A DNA stretch of 64,000 nt, taken from Halocafeteria seosinensis (Eukaryota). Shown here piece after piece: positions 63,093 through 64,000 of the stretch (its first letter is position 1; every line of letters starts with the position of its first letter). The DNA is taken from positions 1-64,000 of the forward strand of contig LVLI01000643.1 of the NCBI GenBank assembly GCA_001687465.1. Reading direction: 5' to 3'. The notes below the pieces were generated by a model. The model saw only the letters and a list, made by a program, of their open reading frames with translations, was not told the DNA's origin and did not search any database. Position numbers and translations under genes: made by a program.

Positions 63093-63678
63093 TGCACTCC
63101 TGTACAGCAATTTTTTGGAATATCATGGATTGTTGCTTGTATGTGTCCGTAGTTGTGTGTTCCCTTGCCGCCATCGTGCGCTTCCTTCCTTTCTTCCTAT
63201 CTTTTCTTTTCCTCTCGCTCCCACAAAGATGGTGAACATATACACTGCACCTTATTTACTGGTTTTTAATCAATTTGTGGCGAGTTATTGTTTTGTTTCA
63301 ATCATTCAGTAACTAAGTGAATGGATGAATCAAGAATTCCCTTTTCTACCAGCAGCACAAACTTTTCTTTTTTTCGAGATCTATTACCGACTACTATACC
63401 CTGTCCATTTACTACCATTTCGTCTGTGTCCTCGATGTATCTAACGAATCGCCGTCCTGGGTCCGGTCTGCACAATGTCTCTACTTCGAATAATTCGTCC
63501 GAGCCTCAGCTTCACAAACACAGGAGGTTCAACTTTCCCTTCAAGATTGGGTCAAATGCTCTACTGTATTGCACCGGCAGCCTTGTAAACTTATGACATC
63601 CACGCTAATAGAAGACAGGTACTTCCGTGAAAGTTTGGGTGAAATTGTGTGTATGGGTAGCAGGTAGTGGGCGAAAAG

Positions 63679-64000
63679 ATGTTCAGTTTTGGTCGCAAGG
63701 AGGATCCCAAAGGTAATGAAATCAGTCTTTCCACCCGGCGATGAGGACCGATGCCCGCCCTTCAGCTGTGAAAAATAATAATTTTAATGCACATTCGCAG
63801 AAGAGTTACGGGACAATCGGAGACAAATTCGACAAGGTCAGCGTGAACTTGACAAGGAGCGAAGTCGGATTCAACGTGAAAAGAAACAATTGGAAAATGA
63901 TATAAAGAGGGCTTCTAAGGAAGGACAAAAGCAGAGCGTGCGGACACTCGCAAAACAGTTAGTTCAATTAAGGAAGCAGGAGGAACGTTTGCTCGGAACA
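63679..64000 (+). CDS. CHMP2: ESCRT-III CHMP2/Vps2-like subunit, truncated by window end
   Basis: MFSFGRKEDPK|EELRDNRRQIRQGQRELDKERSRIQREKKQLENDIKRASKEGQKQSVRTLAKQLVQLRKQ. Confidence 0.88.

Overview
Gene-dense eukaryotic nuclear DNA, not prokaryotic: about 28 protein genes with mostly short (about 40-120 nt) GT-AG introns, the standard genetic code and very short intergenic gaps. Ciliary genes (CC2D2A, ARL3, INTU-like) and an EGF/tenascin-like protein suggest a flagellated protist, probably a stramenopile (inference). Other recognisable genes: SR splicing factor, HSF, glyoxalase II, importin-5, BLOC1S4-like, DUF4097/FAM185A-like, REX1-B, ARFRP1, AMPK-alpha, RPA2, PPP4R4-like, PEX13-like, succinyl-CoA ligase beta, IVD-like and CHMP2. 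The most striking feature is an intronless ATP sulfurylase-APS kinase with an N-terminal type II membrane anchor and stem and a C-terminal degenerate sulfotransferase-like tail, which would imply PAPS synthesis inside the secretory pathway. Also noted: a candidate C/D snoRNA in an apparently non-coding spliced host, a hairpin-rich intergenic region, a GLUG-repeat surface protein, and ARFRP1 and IVD-like proteins with altered key motifs. All calls come from reading by eye and recalled motifs, with no database search. CDS coordinates span introns.
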